A stretch of DNA of 64,000 bases from Negativicutes bacterium (GCA_963665275.2 CAXXIN010000014.1:64001-128000), one strand, 5' to 3'; shown: positions 47,963 through 58,780, counted from the first letter of the stretch. Translations and numbers: made by a program. Notes: generated by a model from the sequence alone, not told the origin.

Positions 47963-49579
47963 CTATTTAATATTATAAGCACTCATACGCACATAAAGAG
48001 TAGTCAGTGATATGCTCAACAGTTTGGCTGCTTCCTTTTTCCCGTTGACACTTCTACCACACTTATCCAGGGTTTCGATAATAATCTCTTTTTCGGAAGC
48101 GTGTTTTGCCGTTTTTAGACTTACAGTCCCGTTTTGTTGAGAATGAGTGATGCTCACCGGTAATGATTGCGTTCCATGTTGAAAAAAAACTTGGGGCAGA
48201 TAGTCGGGTGTGATTGTTTCGCGGTCTGTAATATTGGCAATAAACCGAACGGTGTTTTCCAGTTCGCGGACATTGCCCGGCCAGGGATAATTAATCAAGG
48301 TGCGCATCGTTTCGGGCGCGATTTCCAGCTTGGCTAAATCCGGACGAACACATTGCGATAGAAAGTGTTCTGCCAAGATGGGAATATCAGAGGTGCATTC
48401 ACACAAGGGCGGGATATATACTTGCGAAACATTTAACCGGTAAAATAAATCTTCGCGAAATTTACCAGCATCAATCATTGTTTCCAAATGACGATTTGTC
48501 GCCGCAATGATTCTTACATTCAGTTTTGTCTTGTTAGTATTGCCCAGGGCTTGCACTTCCCCTGTCTGCAGCACACGTAACATTTTCGCCTGCAGCTCGA
48601 TATCCATATCACCGATTTCATCCAGAAACAGCGTTCCGTTATGGGCAAGAGTGATCAGGCCGACCTTGCCACTCGGTTTCGCTCCCGAAAAAGCGCCTTC
48701 GCCATAGCCAAACAATTCGCTTTCCAGCAAAGGACCGGGAATAGCGGCGCAATTAACGGTGACAAATGCCTGATCGCTTCTGCTGCTGCATAGATGAATC
48801 GCGTGCGCAAACAGCTCTTTGCCGGTGCCGCTTTGGCCTCGCAATAACACCGGCAAATCCGATTTTGCCAACTTTTCCGCCAGACGCTTGGCGGATGTCA
48901 AGGCGGCGCTGTTGCCGCGAATATCGGAGAATTGATACAATGCGGCATGACCCTTGTGGACCTGACGCAGCAAATGATTATAGCGAACCTGGTATTTGTT
49001 TAGCGAGGTCTGAAGTTGTTGGATTTCAGTTATATCGCGCGCAATGGTTACGCCGCCGATGCATTCGCCGTTAATGATAATCGGGTGCATATCGGTCATG
49101 TATTCAATTTCACCAAATTTCCGGCGTACACCCAATAGCGGCTTTCTGCTGCGCACAACTTTTCCCAACTTCGCTCCAGGTCTGGCCTCCACCAAATCTC
49201 GTCCGACAATTTCCGAGAAGACTGCACCGCTGATTCTTTCGAAAGATTTGTTGATGTAACGAATCACCTCATTATGATCAATAATCAGAACTCCATCGTG
49301 CATTGACTCAAAAACGCTGATAAACCAACGCATGACAAATGTTAGGGAAGCCGGGTCGGAATTGGCGGGTGATGAAATCAAGTGGGGATTGAGGGTTTGG
49401 GTGGACTTGAGGCTGAGATCAACGGGATAACCGGAAGCAAGGAGGGCCAGGATCTGCTCCCGGTAAATTTTGTGCTCAAGCCCAGTTTCCTCATCCCGAT
49501 AATAGGCGTCCTGCGCGGGAAATTGCAGTAGTAGGCGAGACACTTCCAGGATGGACTGATCAAGAGAGACGGTTAACAT
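47963..49579 (-). CDS. PAS-domain sigma54-dependent transcriptional activator
   Basis: GQSGTGKELFA, LLESELFGY.EGAFSGA, LFLDEIG, YPWPGNVRELEN, C-terminal HTH. Confidence 0.95.
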   Translation of the reverse strand: MLTVSLDQSILEVSRLLLQFPAQDAYYRDEETGLEHKIYREQILALLASGYPVDLSLKSTQTLNPHLISSPANSDPASLTFVMRWFISVFESMHDGVLIIDHNEVIRYINKSFERISGAVFSEIVGRDLVEARPGAKLGKVVRSRKPLLGVRRKFGEIEYMTDMHPIIINGECIGGVTIARDITEIQQLQTSLNKYQVRYNHLLRQVHKGHAALYQFSDIRGNSAALTSAKRLAEKLAKSDLPVLLRGQSGTGKELFAHAIHLCSSRSDQAFVTVNCAAIPGPLLESELFGYGEGAFSGAKPSGKVGLITLAHNGTLFLDEIGDMDIELQAKMLRVLQTGEVQALGNTNKTKLNVRIIAATNRHLETMIDAGKFREDLFYRLNVSQVYIPPLCECTSDIPILAEHFLSQCVRPDLAKLEIAPETMRTLINYPWPGNVRELENTVRFIANITDRETITPDYLPQVFFQHGTQSLPVSITHSQQNGTVSLKTAKHASEKEIIIETLDKCGRSVNGKKEAAKLLSISLTTLYVRMSAYNIK

Positions 49580-49840
49580 ATTATCTTCTCATTCCTTCGT
49601 GTAAAATCGGGCCGACAGTGAACACAGGAGCTACAATGCATTGTGGCCCCTGTTATTATTCTCCGGAAAAAAGAAAATGCCTTCTAAGCCAACACGAAAT
49701 TTCCGGATTTCCGAAAAAAAATAAAGATTGCGCTACTTCGGAAATCTGAGTTATCGGAAATCCGAGGATCGCAGTCTCTGAAGTAAGGAAATACCTGCAG
49801 TTTCATTTTTTCTTGGAAAAGTGTGAGATGGTTTTTCTTA

Positions 49841-49856
49841 TGGCACGGTTTATGCA
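49841..49856 (+). promoter_or_regulatory. sigma54 -24/-12 promoter for the BKACE-DASS operon
   Basis: TGGCACGGTTTATGCA (GG-N10-GC); repeated CGGAAATC/GATTTCCG motifs at ~49700-49766 are plausible activator sites. Confidence 0.8.
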
Positions 49857-49978
49857 ATATTACAATTAAAATGAAAAGGTGTCACGGGGTAGGGGGGAGT
49901 ATTTTCGACGCGAGACGCTAAAGTTACAGTTCCAGAATAATACCAGCGCCAAAATAAATTGTTTGAGGTGAATTTAAC

Positions 49979-50809
49979 ATGAGTGATTTGAGTAACAAAG
50001 TTATCCTTACCATCGCACCGACCGGTAATGTTCCCACCAGAAAATTGACGCCCCATGTCCCGATGACTCCCGCAGAAATAGCTGCGGATGCTTACGCTTG
50101 TTGGAAAGAAGGCGCCTCGGTCGTTCATATCCATACCCGGGACAAAGAGGGGCTACCCACATCAGATGTTGAAATTAATCGTGAGGTCATGGCGGAACTG
50201 GACAAATATCCTGACTGTGATATCATTCGCCAGGTTTCAACCGGCGGACGCGCCGGCAAAAACTATATGGAACGCGGTCAAATGATTTGTTTGTCGCCCG
50301 ATATGGCAAGTTTGGCTACCGGTTCATCCAATTTTCCGGCCAAGGGAAACTATAATGACCCGGAAACCGTGTCCTTCCTTGCAGCTGAAATGATGAAATA
50401 TAATGTGAAACCGGAAATCGAAGTGTTCGACACTGCTATGATTTGGAATGCCGTGCGATTGTCCGAGAAAGGTGAAATCAAAACTCCGCTCCATTTCAAT
50501 CTTGTACTCGGGGTTGGCGGATCACAACCGGCAACAGTTGATGCATTAATGTATTGTTATCAACATTTGCCGAAGGATTGCACATGGGGGATTTCTGCCA
50601 TCGGCAAAGATCACGTACAACTTTCGACCATTGCACTGGCTTTGGGCGGGAATGTTCGGGTCGGCCTGGAAGACAACATTTATTACACTAAAGGTGTTTT
50701 GGCGACCAACCTAACGTTGTTGAAACGTATGACAAACATCGCTAAAGCTATTGGGCGCGAGATTGCCACGCCAACTGAAGCGCGGGAAATTCTGAACCTT
50801 AAAAAATAA
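49979..50809 (+). CDS. BKACE/Kce (DUF849) beta-keto acid cleavage enzyme
   Basis: APTG, VPMTPAEIA, GASVVHIHTRD, VSTGG, KPEIEVFD, GGNVRVGLEDN, ATPTEAREIL. Confidence 0.93.
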   Translation: MSDLSNKVILTIAPTGNVPTRKLTPHVPMTPAEIAADAYACWKEGASVVHIHTRDKEGLPTSDVEINREVMAELDKYPDCDIIRQVSTGGRAGKNYMERGQMICLSPDMASLATGSSNFPAKGNYNDPETVSFLAAEMMKYNVKPEIEVFDTAMIWNAVRLSEKGEIKTPLHFNLVLGVGGSQPATVDALMYCYQHLPKDCTWGISAIGKDHVQLSTIALALGGNVRVGLEDNIYYTKGVLATNLTLLKRMTNIAKAIGREIATPTEAREILNLKK

Positions 50810-50833
50810 TTGGTGACGATCGGAGGAAGTGAA

Positions 50834-52237
50834 TTGAGTAACCTGACTAAAAAATGGCTGATTGTTATTGGCAGTGGCATGCTTGTCTATCTTATTCCTG
50901 TTCCCGCCGGAGTGAAGCCTCTTGCCTGGAATTTGCTGGCTGTCTTTGTGGGAACTATTATTGGCTGCATAGTCCAGCCGATACCCCTGGGGGCTATTTC
51001 ACTGGCCAGCCTGAGCCTCATTGGGTTTCTCGGGTTAGCGCAAATCAATGAACTGCTGGCAGGATTTTCGAGTTCAACCATTTGGCTCATTGTGTCGGCG
51101 TTTTTATTGTCTCGTGGGTTCAGCAAAACGGGGCTGGGACGTCGTATATCCTACCTGTTAATTCAAAAATTTGGCGACAGAACGATGAAGCTGGGGTTTG
51201 CCATTATGTTAAGCGAGTATGTATTCAGCCCGGCAACTCCGTCAACGTCTGCCCGTGGCGGAGCTATTGTATATCCCATTGCCAGAAGTCTGGCCAGCGC
51301 CTTTAATTCCGAACCGGGGCCAACAGCCAAGAAAATTGGCGCTTATTTGATGCAGGTTGGATTTCAGTCCAATTGCATGAGCGGTAGTTTATTCATGACC
51401 GCAATGATTGCTAATCCTATGATGGCGATGTTTGCTCAACAGGCATTCGGCATTAACATTACTTGGATGGATTGGGCCATTGCCGCCTTTGTGCCTGGAA
51501 CACTGGCGATGATTCTGATTCCTGTCGTACTGTTTTATATTTTGCCGCCAGAGCAAAAAATAACCCCGGAAGCGGGGAGCTTTGCCACCGCAGAATTGAG
51601 CAAAATGGGACCTATGAGTCGCGAAGAAAAAATCATGTCCGCTGTGTTTATTGGCAGCATTCTACTATGGGCAACCGCTTCCTTTACCAAACTGGATGCT
51701 ACACTTATAGCACTGGGAAGTGGGTCGGTTCTGATTGTAACCAATGTTCTGACATGGAAAGATGTGCTGAATGAAAGCGGAGCATGGGACACTATGGTGT
51801 GGGTCGGAGTGCTGAGTACTATCGCAGGGTTGCTCAACAAACACGGTTTGATTGCATGGTTCAGCAAACTGACTGCGGCCTCTTTGGTAGGCATTCCCTG
51901 GATGCTTACATTGATCGCTCTATTGTTAATTTATCTATATTCGCATTATTTGTTTGCTTCCATTACTGGTCACGTTGTTGCGATGTACCCGGCATTCATT
52001 GCAGTGGCTGGAGCTGCAGGAGCGCCGCCTATGCTTGTGGCGCTGTCCATGGGCTTTTTCTCCAATTTTTTTGCTTGCCTGACCCACTATGGGAACGGAG
52101 TTGGCCCAATTTATTCCGGAGCCGGTTATATGAGCCAAGGTACCTGGTGGCGTGTCGGCTTTACCATGTCCCTGGTCTATTTGGCATGCTTTTTCGGGGT
52201 GGGGTTACCCTATTGGAAAGCCATCGGACTCTGGTGA
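50834..52237 (+). CDS. DASS-family di/tricarboxylate transporter (CitT/TtdT-like)
   Basis: KTGLGRRI, PSTSARGGAI, FMTAMIANP, AWDTMVW, HYLFASITGH, THYG. Confidence 0.93.
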   Translation: MSNLTKKWLIVIGSGMLVYLIPVPAGVKPLAWNLLAVFVGTIIGCIVQPIPLGAISLASLSLIGFLGLAQINELLAGFSSSTIWLIVSAFLLSRGFSKTGLGRRISYLLIQKFGDRTMKLGFAIMLSEYVFSPATPSTSARGGAIVYPIARSLASAFNSEPGPTAKKIGAYLMQVGFQSNCMSGSLFMTAMIANPMMAMFAQQAFGINITWMDWAIAAFVPGTLAMILIPVVLFYILPPEQKITPEAGSFATAELSKMGPMSREEKIMSAVFIGSILLWATASFTKLDATLIALGSGSVLIVTNVLTWKDVLNESGAWDTMVWVGVLSTIAGLLNKHGLIAWFSKLTAASLVGIPWMLTLIALLLIYLYSHYLFASITGHVVAMYPAFIAVAGAAGAPPMLVALSMGFFSNFFACLTHYGNGVGPIYSGAGYMSQGTWWRVGFTMSLVYLACFFGVGLPYWKAIGLW

Positions 52238-52408
52238 TCATGATTGCGCATGCTCGAAAATAGGTAAGCTCTGCGTTGCAGGAACGCCATTATAATAGGT
52301 AGAGTCGGTTTTTCGTAAAGGGAAGACCGGCTTTATTTTTGCGAACATTTAAGTTTAATTGTGATATGCTTTTAGCAGGATTATTTTAAATAGTGTGGAA
52401 TAATTAAA

Positions 52409-52426
52409 ATGGTAAACGTTTACCAT
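52409..52426. promoter_or_regulatory. LacI-family operator
   Basis: Perfect palindrome ATGGTAAACGTTTACCAT with central CG, directly before the LacI gene. Confidence 0.8.
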
Positions 52427-52434
52427 GGAGTGGT

Positions 52435-53496
52435 GTGAAAGATTTGGCTGAGCAAATAAAACCAAGAGCGACGATTAAAGAAATAGCGCAACGTGCGGGA
52501 ACTTCCATTGCGACAGTTTCCCGGGTTTTACGCAAAGTTGATCATCCGGTGAAGCCTGAACTGCGGGAACAGGTGCTGCGGGCCGCGCAGGAACTCAATT
52601 ATTCGCCCAATTTGATTGGCCGTTTTTTGAAAAGCAGTAGCAGTAATGATATTGGAGTTATCATTCCCACAATTTCAAACCCCTTTTACCCATTGCTGAT
52701 TTTAGGTATTGAGGAGGTATTTGACCGCTACGGCTACAACATGCTGCTGTGCAATTCGTTTCGTAATGAAAAGAAAGAAATGAATTATGTGAAATTGTTA
52801 CGGCAAAAACAGGTGAATGGGCTGATTATCGCCTCCATCAGCAGTGATCGGGAGTATCTGCAGGCGCAGATCGATGCGGGACTCCGTGTGGTAACGCTGG
52901 ATCAGTCGGTCGCAAACCTGAATTGCAGCAAGGTGGTCATTGACTATGAATTGAGCAGTAGGATGGCGATGGAACACCTGTGGGCCAATGGGCATCGCAA
53001 AATCGGCTTCATTTCGGCGCCTCTGAGCATCATCAGCCGTAAATTAATTTACAGCGGTTATGTCAAATCGCTGGAGAAATATCGGATACCGCTCAATAAG
53101 GAATGGCTCTACATTACGGAACATGAGACAGAAACAAACGGCGAATTTTACGAATTTGAAAACGGTAAAAATCTTGCCAGACGCCTGGTTAACACGGAAG
53201 ACCGGCCCACGGCGCTGTTGGTCATCAATGATATGACTTCCTATGGGTTGATGCATGAATTAGCCAATCAAAACATCAGCGTTCCGGCGGATATATCGAT
53301 CGTCAGTTTTGATAATATCTTTTTTTCACAGGTTACCAATCCTCCGCTGACCACCATTGGATATTCAACTTATGAAATGGGTCGGCTGGCGGCTGAATGT
53401 CTGATTAAGGACATGACGGGCGAGCAAATCGAAACAGCCGATATTGTTATCAAACCGGAATTGATCGAACGAAAAAGTGTGCAAAAACTATTTTAA
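52435..53496 (+). CDS. LacI-family regulator
   Basis: ATIKEIAQRAGTSIATVSRVL, ELNYSPN, VSFDNI, PPLTTI. Confidence 0.95.
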   Translation: MKDLAEQIKPRATIKEIAQRAGTSIATVSRVLRKVDHPVKPELREQVLRAAQELNYSPNLIGRFLKSSSSNDIGVIIPTISNPFYPLLILGIEEVFDRYGYNMLLCNSFRNEKKEMNYVKLLRQKQVNGLIIASISSDREYLQAQIDAGLRVVTLDQSVANLNCSKVVIDYELSSRMAMEHLWANGHRKIGFISAPLSIISRKLIYSGYVKSLEKYRIPLNKEWLYITEHETETNGEFYEFENGKNLARRLVNTEDRPTALLVINDMTSYGLMHELANQNISVPADISIVSFDNIFFSQVTNPPLTTIGYSTYEMGRLAAECLIKDMTGEQIETADIVIKPELIERKSVQKLF

Positions 53497-53517
53497 TAAA
53501 GAAATGGGGCGGGCTTC

Positions 53518-54711
53518 GTGAAGACGTTATTGTGCAATGGGACAGTCATCACTCCCTTTCGTATCATCGAAAACGGGGCCGTGTTGGTTGAAAAAGGCAA
53601 GATAGCAGAGGTTTTCGCTGAATCGCCGCAATCTGAAGATTCGGCAGTACAGCGTATCGATGTTGGAGGGCGATATATTTCTCCCGGATTTATCGACATG
53701 CATGTACATGGAGGTGGAGGCTGCGAAGTGATGGATGCTTCCGTCGAGTCGGTTCAGACCATGTGCAGGGCCCATGCCCGGTTTGGGACCACGGCTATTG
53801 TCCCCACTACCGTGGCGGCTCCATGGGAAGATATCTACGCGGCTATTGATGCAGTGCGATTGGCGCAGCCGGATAGTACCGGCGCGGAAATCTTGGGCAT
53901 CCATTTGGAAGGACCTTATTTTTCACAGGCGGAAAAGGGTGCGCAAAGTGCCGATTTCATTAAAGACCCGGTGCCGGCAGAGTATCTCAAAGCCTTGGAT
54001 TACTGGGACGGGATCAAAATCATGGGTGTCGCCCCGGAGCTGCCTGGAGCTCTGGAATTGGGCCGGGAATTGCGGCGCAGAAATATTTTGGCGTCGATCG
54101 CTCATTCCAATGCAGACTATGATGAAGTGGTTCTGGCCCTTGAAAATGGTTATACCAACATTACCCACTTCTATTCGGGCTGTTCGATCGTTCATCGCAA
54201 GAATGCCTATCGGTTTGCCGGTGTGGTGGAAAGCGGTTATTTAATTGACGAATTGACTGTTCAGGTAATTGCCGATGGCAAGCATTTGCCGCCCAGCTTG
54301 CTCAAGTTGATTTATAAGGTGAAGGGCGCCGACAAAATAGCGCTGATTACAGATGCCTTGAGCTATGCGGCCATGCCGTCCCTGCAGGAAAATATCGTTT
54401 ATACGCAAAAGAATGGGGTTCCGGTCATATTGGAAGATGGGGTCATGAAGCTTCCTGACCGGTCCAGCTTTGCCGGCAGCGTCGCGACCACCCGCGACCT
54501 GGTGCGGAATATGGTGGAACTGGGAGAGGTGCCGCTGTGTCAGGCTGTGAAAATGGCCTCGCACACCCCGGCCAGAATTTTGAACATCGCCGACCGCAAG
54601 GGGAGTCTGTCGATTGGACTGGATGCGGACATCGTGGTTTTTGATGCCGAGTTTGCGGTCCAGCTGACGATGGTCGCCGGCAAGATCGTTTATCAGACTA
54701 CATCCGATTGA
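53518..54711 (+). CDS. nagA: N-acetylglucosamine-6-phosphate deacetylase
   Basis: PGFIDMHVHG, GIHLEGPY, APE, AHS, THFY, IADGKH, LITDA. Confidence 0.9.
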   Translation: MKTLLCNGTVITPFRIIENGAVLVEKGKIAEVFAESPQSEDSAVQRIDVGGRYISPGFIDMHVHGGGGCEVMDASVESVQTMCRAHARFGTTAIVPTTVAAPWEDIYAAIDAVRLAQPDSTGAEILGIHLEGPYFSQAEKGAQSADFIKDPVPAEYLKALDYWDGIKIMGVAPELPGALELGRELRRRNILASIAHSNADYDEVVLALENGYTNITHFYSGCSIVHRKNAYRFAGVVESGYLIDELTVQVIADGKHLPPSLLKLIYKVKGADKIALITDALSYAAMPSLQENIVYTQKNGVPVILEDGVMKLPDRSSFAGSVATTRDLVRNMVELGEVPLCQAVKMASHTPARILNIADRKGSLSIGLDADIVVFDAEFAVQLTMVAGKIVYQTTSD

Positions 54712-54749
54712 ACCTAATAAGCAGAGAAAAATTGGCGGCAAAGGGGGCA

Positions 54750-55649
54750 GTGACTAGGTTGAGTTCGCTGCAAAATTCACGAAAAAAAATAGCAGGCTTT
54801 TTGTTTGTAACACCGGCTCTGTTGTTCATTTTTTCCTTTATGCTTTATCCGCTGATCAATTCGCTGTACATGAGCGTGCACAAATACAATTTTGTCTATG
54901 ACAAAGAACCGAAATTCATAGGCCTCGGCAACTACATCACCGCATTTTCCGATAAGGACTTTCTGGTCGCGCTCGGGAACACCTTTACGTTCGCATTTTT
55001 TTATGTGGTGTTTGTCATGGTCATATCGCTGGTTTTGGCGCTGCTGATTTTCCAGAAAATCCGGTTCAATTATTATTATCGGACTGCCATATTTATTCCG
55101 ATTGTAGTGCCGCTGTCGCTGTCGGCACTGGCGTTCATGTGGATTTTGCAGGAAAACTACGGATTGCTGAATCATCTGCTCGGCAATGTATTGGGGTTGA
55201 AATCGTTGACCTTCCCCTGGTTGAACAATGGCACTACGGCCATGGGCAGTATTATCGGCGTAGCATTGTGGGCTACGATCGGGTTTGAGACGATCTTGTT
55301 TTTGGGCGGACTGCAAGCAATCCCGCAGGATATCCTCGAAGCGGCTGAAGTGGATGGCGCCAGTGGACTGAAAAAAGTGTATTATATTATCCTGCCCAAT
55401 TTGAAGGAAACCTATATATTGACGGGGATTTGGGCGCTCCTGCACGGCATCAAGGTTTTTATCGAACCGATGGTCATGACTTCCGGCGGCCCGGGCGTCA
55501 GCACGCTGGTGTTGTATCAACATATTTACCACACGGCATTTACTTATTTCGATATGGGCTACGCCTCGGCGATGGCTTATATATTGGGCGCGATTGCACT
55601 GCTTTTTTCGGCCGCCAACTACTGGGTGAACCGGACAAAAGAAGCCTAG
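54750..55649 (+). CDS. Carbohydrate ABC transporter permease
   Basis: FIGLGNY, GLQAIPQDILEAAEVDGA (EAA loop), MGYASAMA. Confidence 0.93.
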   Translation: MTRLSSLQNSRKKIAGFLFVTPALLFIFSFMLYPLINSLYMSVHKYNFVYDKEPKFIGLGNYITAFSDKDFLVALGNTFTFAFFYVVFVMVISLVLALLIFQKIRFNYYYRTAIFIPIVVPLSLSALAFMWILQENYGLLNHLLGNVLGLKSLTFPWLNNGTTAMGSIIGVALWATIGFETILFLGGLQAIPQDILEAAEVDGASGLKKVYYIILPNLKETYILTGIWALLHGIKVFIEPMVMTSGGPGVSTLVLYQHIYHTAFTYFDMGYASAMAYILGAIALLFSAANYWVNRTKEA

Positions 55650-55700
55650 TTTCCCTTGGCGATTGTAACGGAATTAATGCTTTGGCGGTAAGGAGCGGAA

Positions 55701-56555
55701 ATGGTGAAACCGATAAAAGGCCTGCATGGGTTGTCTTTTGGAAAGGTCATGATTCATTTATGTTTGGGGTCGGTGGCGCTGGTATTCCTCACCCCTTTTG
55801 TCTATGTATTTTTGAATTCGTTTAAAACAACCGAAGAAATTTACTGGGTTCCGCAAAGCTTTCTGCCCAAACAGTGGATTTTAGATAACTATCTGCAGAT
55901 CGGCGAGAAGGGACATTTTGTCGACTATTTCATGAACAGCGTCATTATTACCTGCACAGCAGTTTTCCTGGTCCTGGTGATCAGCTCTCTGGCCGGATAT
56001 GCTTTTGCGCGCTTGCCGTTCAAAGGCCGCCAGTTGTTGCTGGGCTTTATTCTCATGACCATTGCGATTCCGCTGGTCGTGTTTTTGATTCCAATGTTTC
56101 TCATGGAAAACGCCGCCGGATTGCTTAATACGAATCTGGGCCTGATTTTACCGAATGTGGCGGTGGTCCTGCCGTTTGCCATATTCATCATGCGGTCGTC
56201 ATTTGTCGGCATTCCCAAGGAAATCGAGGAAGCGGCTGAAATGGACGGATGCGGAGTATTCATGACGTGGTGGCGGATCATGTTGCCGATGGCGAAAAAT
56301 GGGTTGATAACCGTACTGATCATGTCGTTCAACGCGATCTGGGGCGAGTATGCCATTGCCAAGACGATGGCGACAGACCAAGCCTCGATGCCGCTGTCGG
56401 TGGGGTTGACGCTGATGAAGGGCGAGGTATGGGATTTTGGCACGTTGGCGGCTGTGATTGTCTTGTCGATGTTGCCACCGATCATCATTTTCATCATATT
56501 CCAGAAGCGCCTAGTCGAGAGGAATAACGCAAGGCGCAGTGAAGGGGTGATATAA
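55701..56555 (+). CDS. Carbohydrate ABC transporter permease (apparent 1-bp insertion near 56520 alters the last residues)
   Basis: LAGYAFARLPFKGR, IPKEIEEAAEMDG; the typical ending GITQGAVKG* is present one frame off. Confidence 0.92.
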   Translation: MVKPIKGLHGLSFGKVMIHLCLGSVALVFLTPFVYVFLNSFKTTEEIYWVPQSFLPKQWILDNYLQIGEKGHFVDYFMNSVIITCTAVFLVLVISSLAGYAFARLPFKGRQLLLGFILMTIAIPLVVFLIPMFLMENAAGLLNTNLGLILPNVAVVLPFAIFIMRSSFVGIPKEIEEAAEMDGCGVFMTWWRIMLPMAKNGLITVLIMSFNAIWGEYAIAKTMATDQASMPLSVGLTLMKGEVWDFGTLAAVIVLSMLPPIIIFIIFQKRLVERNNARRSEGVI

Positions 56556-56628
56556 GGCTGCTTACAGAGGCTTTTGAATGGCTGAAACGAATTTAAGGAA
56601 ATTAAGTTAAGCGAAGGGAGATATTTGT

Positions 56629-57927
56629 ATGCGAAACCGAAAAACGATTGCCTGTTTACTGATGTTCAGCTTCATGCTCATGCTGGTTGCGGCGGGGTGC
56701 TCCTCCAAACCGGCAGCGGCGCCAACAGCACCAGCGCCTAAAGTGCTCAAGGTGGCCGCCGAAGCGTGGATGATTGACAAGTTCCACATGAAAAAAGCCG
56801 CCGATGCCTTTAAAGCCAAAAATCCCGATATTGAAGTCATAATCCAACCGTATGCCGATCGGCAAGTACTGTCGAATTTCGCGCTGCAATGGAGTCAGAA
56901 TAAATCGGATGTCGATATCGTCATTGTCGATGGCGCGTCAACTGCGGCACAATTTTTAGCTAAAGATTTGATCGTCGATTTTAACAAAACGAAATTCTTC
57001 AGCGGCCCGACGGCCAAAGAAAACTTTGTCGGCAAGACGCTGGAATTCTGCGCGGTGGATGGGGTGCAATTCGCGATCCCCATTGGTTTGGAAGCGTATG
57101 ATATCAATGCCAACAAAAAGTTCTTCGCGGAAGCGGGATTGCTTGATGCGCAGGGCAATATAAAAGCCCCCAAGAGCTGGCAGGAAATCTATGAATACGC
57201 CAAAAAGATGACCAAGAAAGAGGGCGACAAAGTGGTGCGCCCGGGAATGACCATTCAATGGGGACCGAATGCCTACTTCGTTTTGATTGCCGTGGAGCAA
57301 GCGGCGAGAGGCAGTTTCTATAAAGCCGACGGCAAGACGAACACCTTTGATACGCCTGAAATGCGCGAAATATTGCAGATCTGGAAGAAGGGCGTAGAGG
57401 AAGGGGTCTTCTCCATCGACACCTTTACCAACAAAGATGCTGGCCGCAACAACTTCAACGCAGGACAGGTGCCGATGTTGCTGCAAAGCGCAGCGCATGT
57501 CGCCGAAGCGGCTCCGACCGTCGGCAAGGACAACCTGACGCTCATCTCCATTCCGGGTTCAGAGAAAAACGGCACCTATGGATTTGCCGCCGGAATCATC
57601 ATCCCCAAAGCATCGCCGAACCAGGAACTGGCCGTCAAATTTATTCAGGAAGCCCTGATGTCCGATGTGCAGGCCGGTGTTGCAAATCAATGGGGCAAGT
57701 TGCCTGTTATCAAGAGCCACTTTGACAAGATCGATGCCGGTTGGAAGACACATATCTTCAATTTGGTGAAGATTTCGCCACCAGCGCCATTCTATAAAGA
57801 TTTGCCCAAATTGATGGTGGAATCGCCGAAACAATTGCAGCAATATCTGATGGGGCAGCAAAGCCTGGATGATTTCATTGCGAATATGGAAAAATTGATC
57901 GGGACACTGGACAAAAACGCCAAATAA
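56629..57927 (+). CDS. Sugar ABC transporter substrate-binding lipoprotein
   Basis: Lipobox VAAGC; NKKFFAEAGL...PKSWQEIYEYAKK; FNAGQVPM. Confidence 0.9.
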   Translation: MRNRKTIACLLMFSFMLMLVAAGCSSKPAAAPTAPAPKVLKVAAEAWMIDKFHMKKAADAFKAKNPDIEVIIQPYADRQVLSNFALQWSQNKSDVDIVIVDGASTAAQFLAKDLIVDFNKTKFFSGPTAKENFVGKTLEFCAVDGVQFAIPIGLEAYDINANKKFFAEAGLLDAQGNIKAPKSWQEIYEYAKKMTKKEGDKVVRPGMTIQWGPNAYFVLIAVEQAARGSFYKADGKTNTFDTPEMREILQIWKKGVEEGVFSIDTFTNKDAGRNNFNAGQVPMLLQSAAHVAEAAPTVGKDNLTLISIPGSEKNGTYGFAAGIIIPKASPNQELAVKFIQEALMSDVQAGVANQWGKLPVIKSHFDKIDAGWKTHIFNLVKISPPAPFYKDLPKLMVESPKQLQQYLMGQQSLDDFIANMEKLIGTLDKNAK

Positions 57928-58019
57928 ACAATAAATTGACGATAGCCCCGCGAGCAGGCTTTCGGGGCCATCGTCGCTATTTCAAGTAAAATAAGAGATA
58001 TGACGGGGGAAACCGGGAT

Positions 58020-58778
58020 ATGAAAGTGAAAGTATATCAAACCTCAGACGAATTGGGCCAAGCGGCAGCAGCGGTTGCGGCGGATATTCTGAGACAGACC
58101 ATAGCCCAAAAGGGTAAGGCCAGGTTATTGCTGTCGACAGGCGCTTCCCAGTTCGACACGATCAAGCATCTGGTCACCTTTGACCTTGCGTGGGACAAAG
58201 TTGAAATGTTTCATTTGGACGAATATGTGAACTTGCCGGAACAGCATCCCGCCAGTTTTCGGAAATACCTGAAGGAACGTTTCGTCAATATCGTGAAACC
58301 CAAGCAGGCCTATTTCGTCAACGGCGAGGGTGATGTTGCGCGAAATATTGCCACGTTAACAGCTGCGCTGCAGGCAGAACCAATTGATGTGGCGCTGATC
58401 GGGATTGGCGAAAATGCCCATATCGCATTCAATGACCCACCGGCGGATTTTGCCACGCAAGTTGCCTACAAGGTCGTCGATTTGGATGACAAATGCAAAC
58501 AGCAGCAAGTGGGCGAAGGTTGGTTCGCCACGGTGGCGGACGTTCCCGCACAGGCTATCACGATGTCGGTTCATCAAATCATGCAAAGCAAGGTGATCCT
58601 ATCTTGTGTGCCGCGCAGCGTCAAAGCCATGGCCATCAAGCAGACTTTGGAAAGCGACGTTACTCCGCTCGTGCCGGCCACGATTCTCAAAACCCATGCA
58701 AACTGGACCTTGTTCATTGATCAGGATTCGGCTGCATTGGCTGATCCGGCTGTTTTGAAATCGCTGCAAGGAGAATAA
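58020..58778 (+). CDS. nagB: Glucosamine-6-phosphate deaminase/isomerase family protein
   Basis: LSTGASQ, FHLDEY, HPASFRKYL, LIGIGENAHIAFNDP, AITMS, PATILKTH. Confidence 0.85.
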   Translation: MKVKVYQTSDELGQAAAAVAADILRQTIAQKGKARLLLSTGASQFDTIKHLVTFDLAWDKVEMFHLDEYVNLPEQHPASFRKYLKERFVNIVKPKQAYFVNGEGDVARNIATLTAALQAEPIDVALIGIGENAHIAFNDPPADFATQVAYKVVDLDDKCKQQQVGEGWFATVADVPAQAITMSVHQIMQSKVILSCVPRSVKAMAIKQTLESDVTPLVPATILKTHANWTLFIDQDSAALADPAVLKSLQGE

Positions 58779-58780
58779 AG

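Noticed and set aside
56510-56555. Unusual C-terminus of the ABC permease
   Set aside because: The canonical GITQGAVKG* ending is present one base out of frame, so this is probably an indel error.
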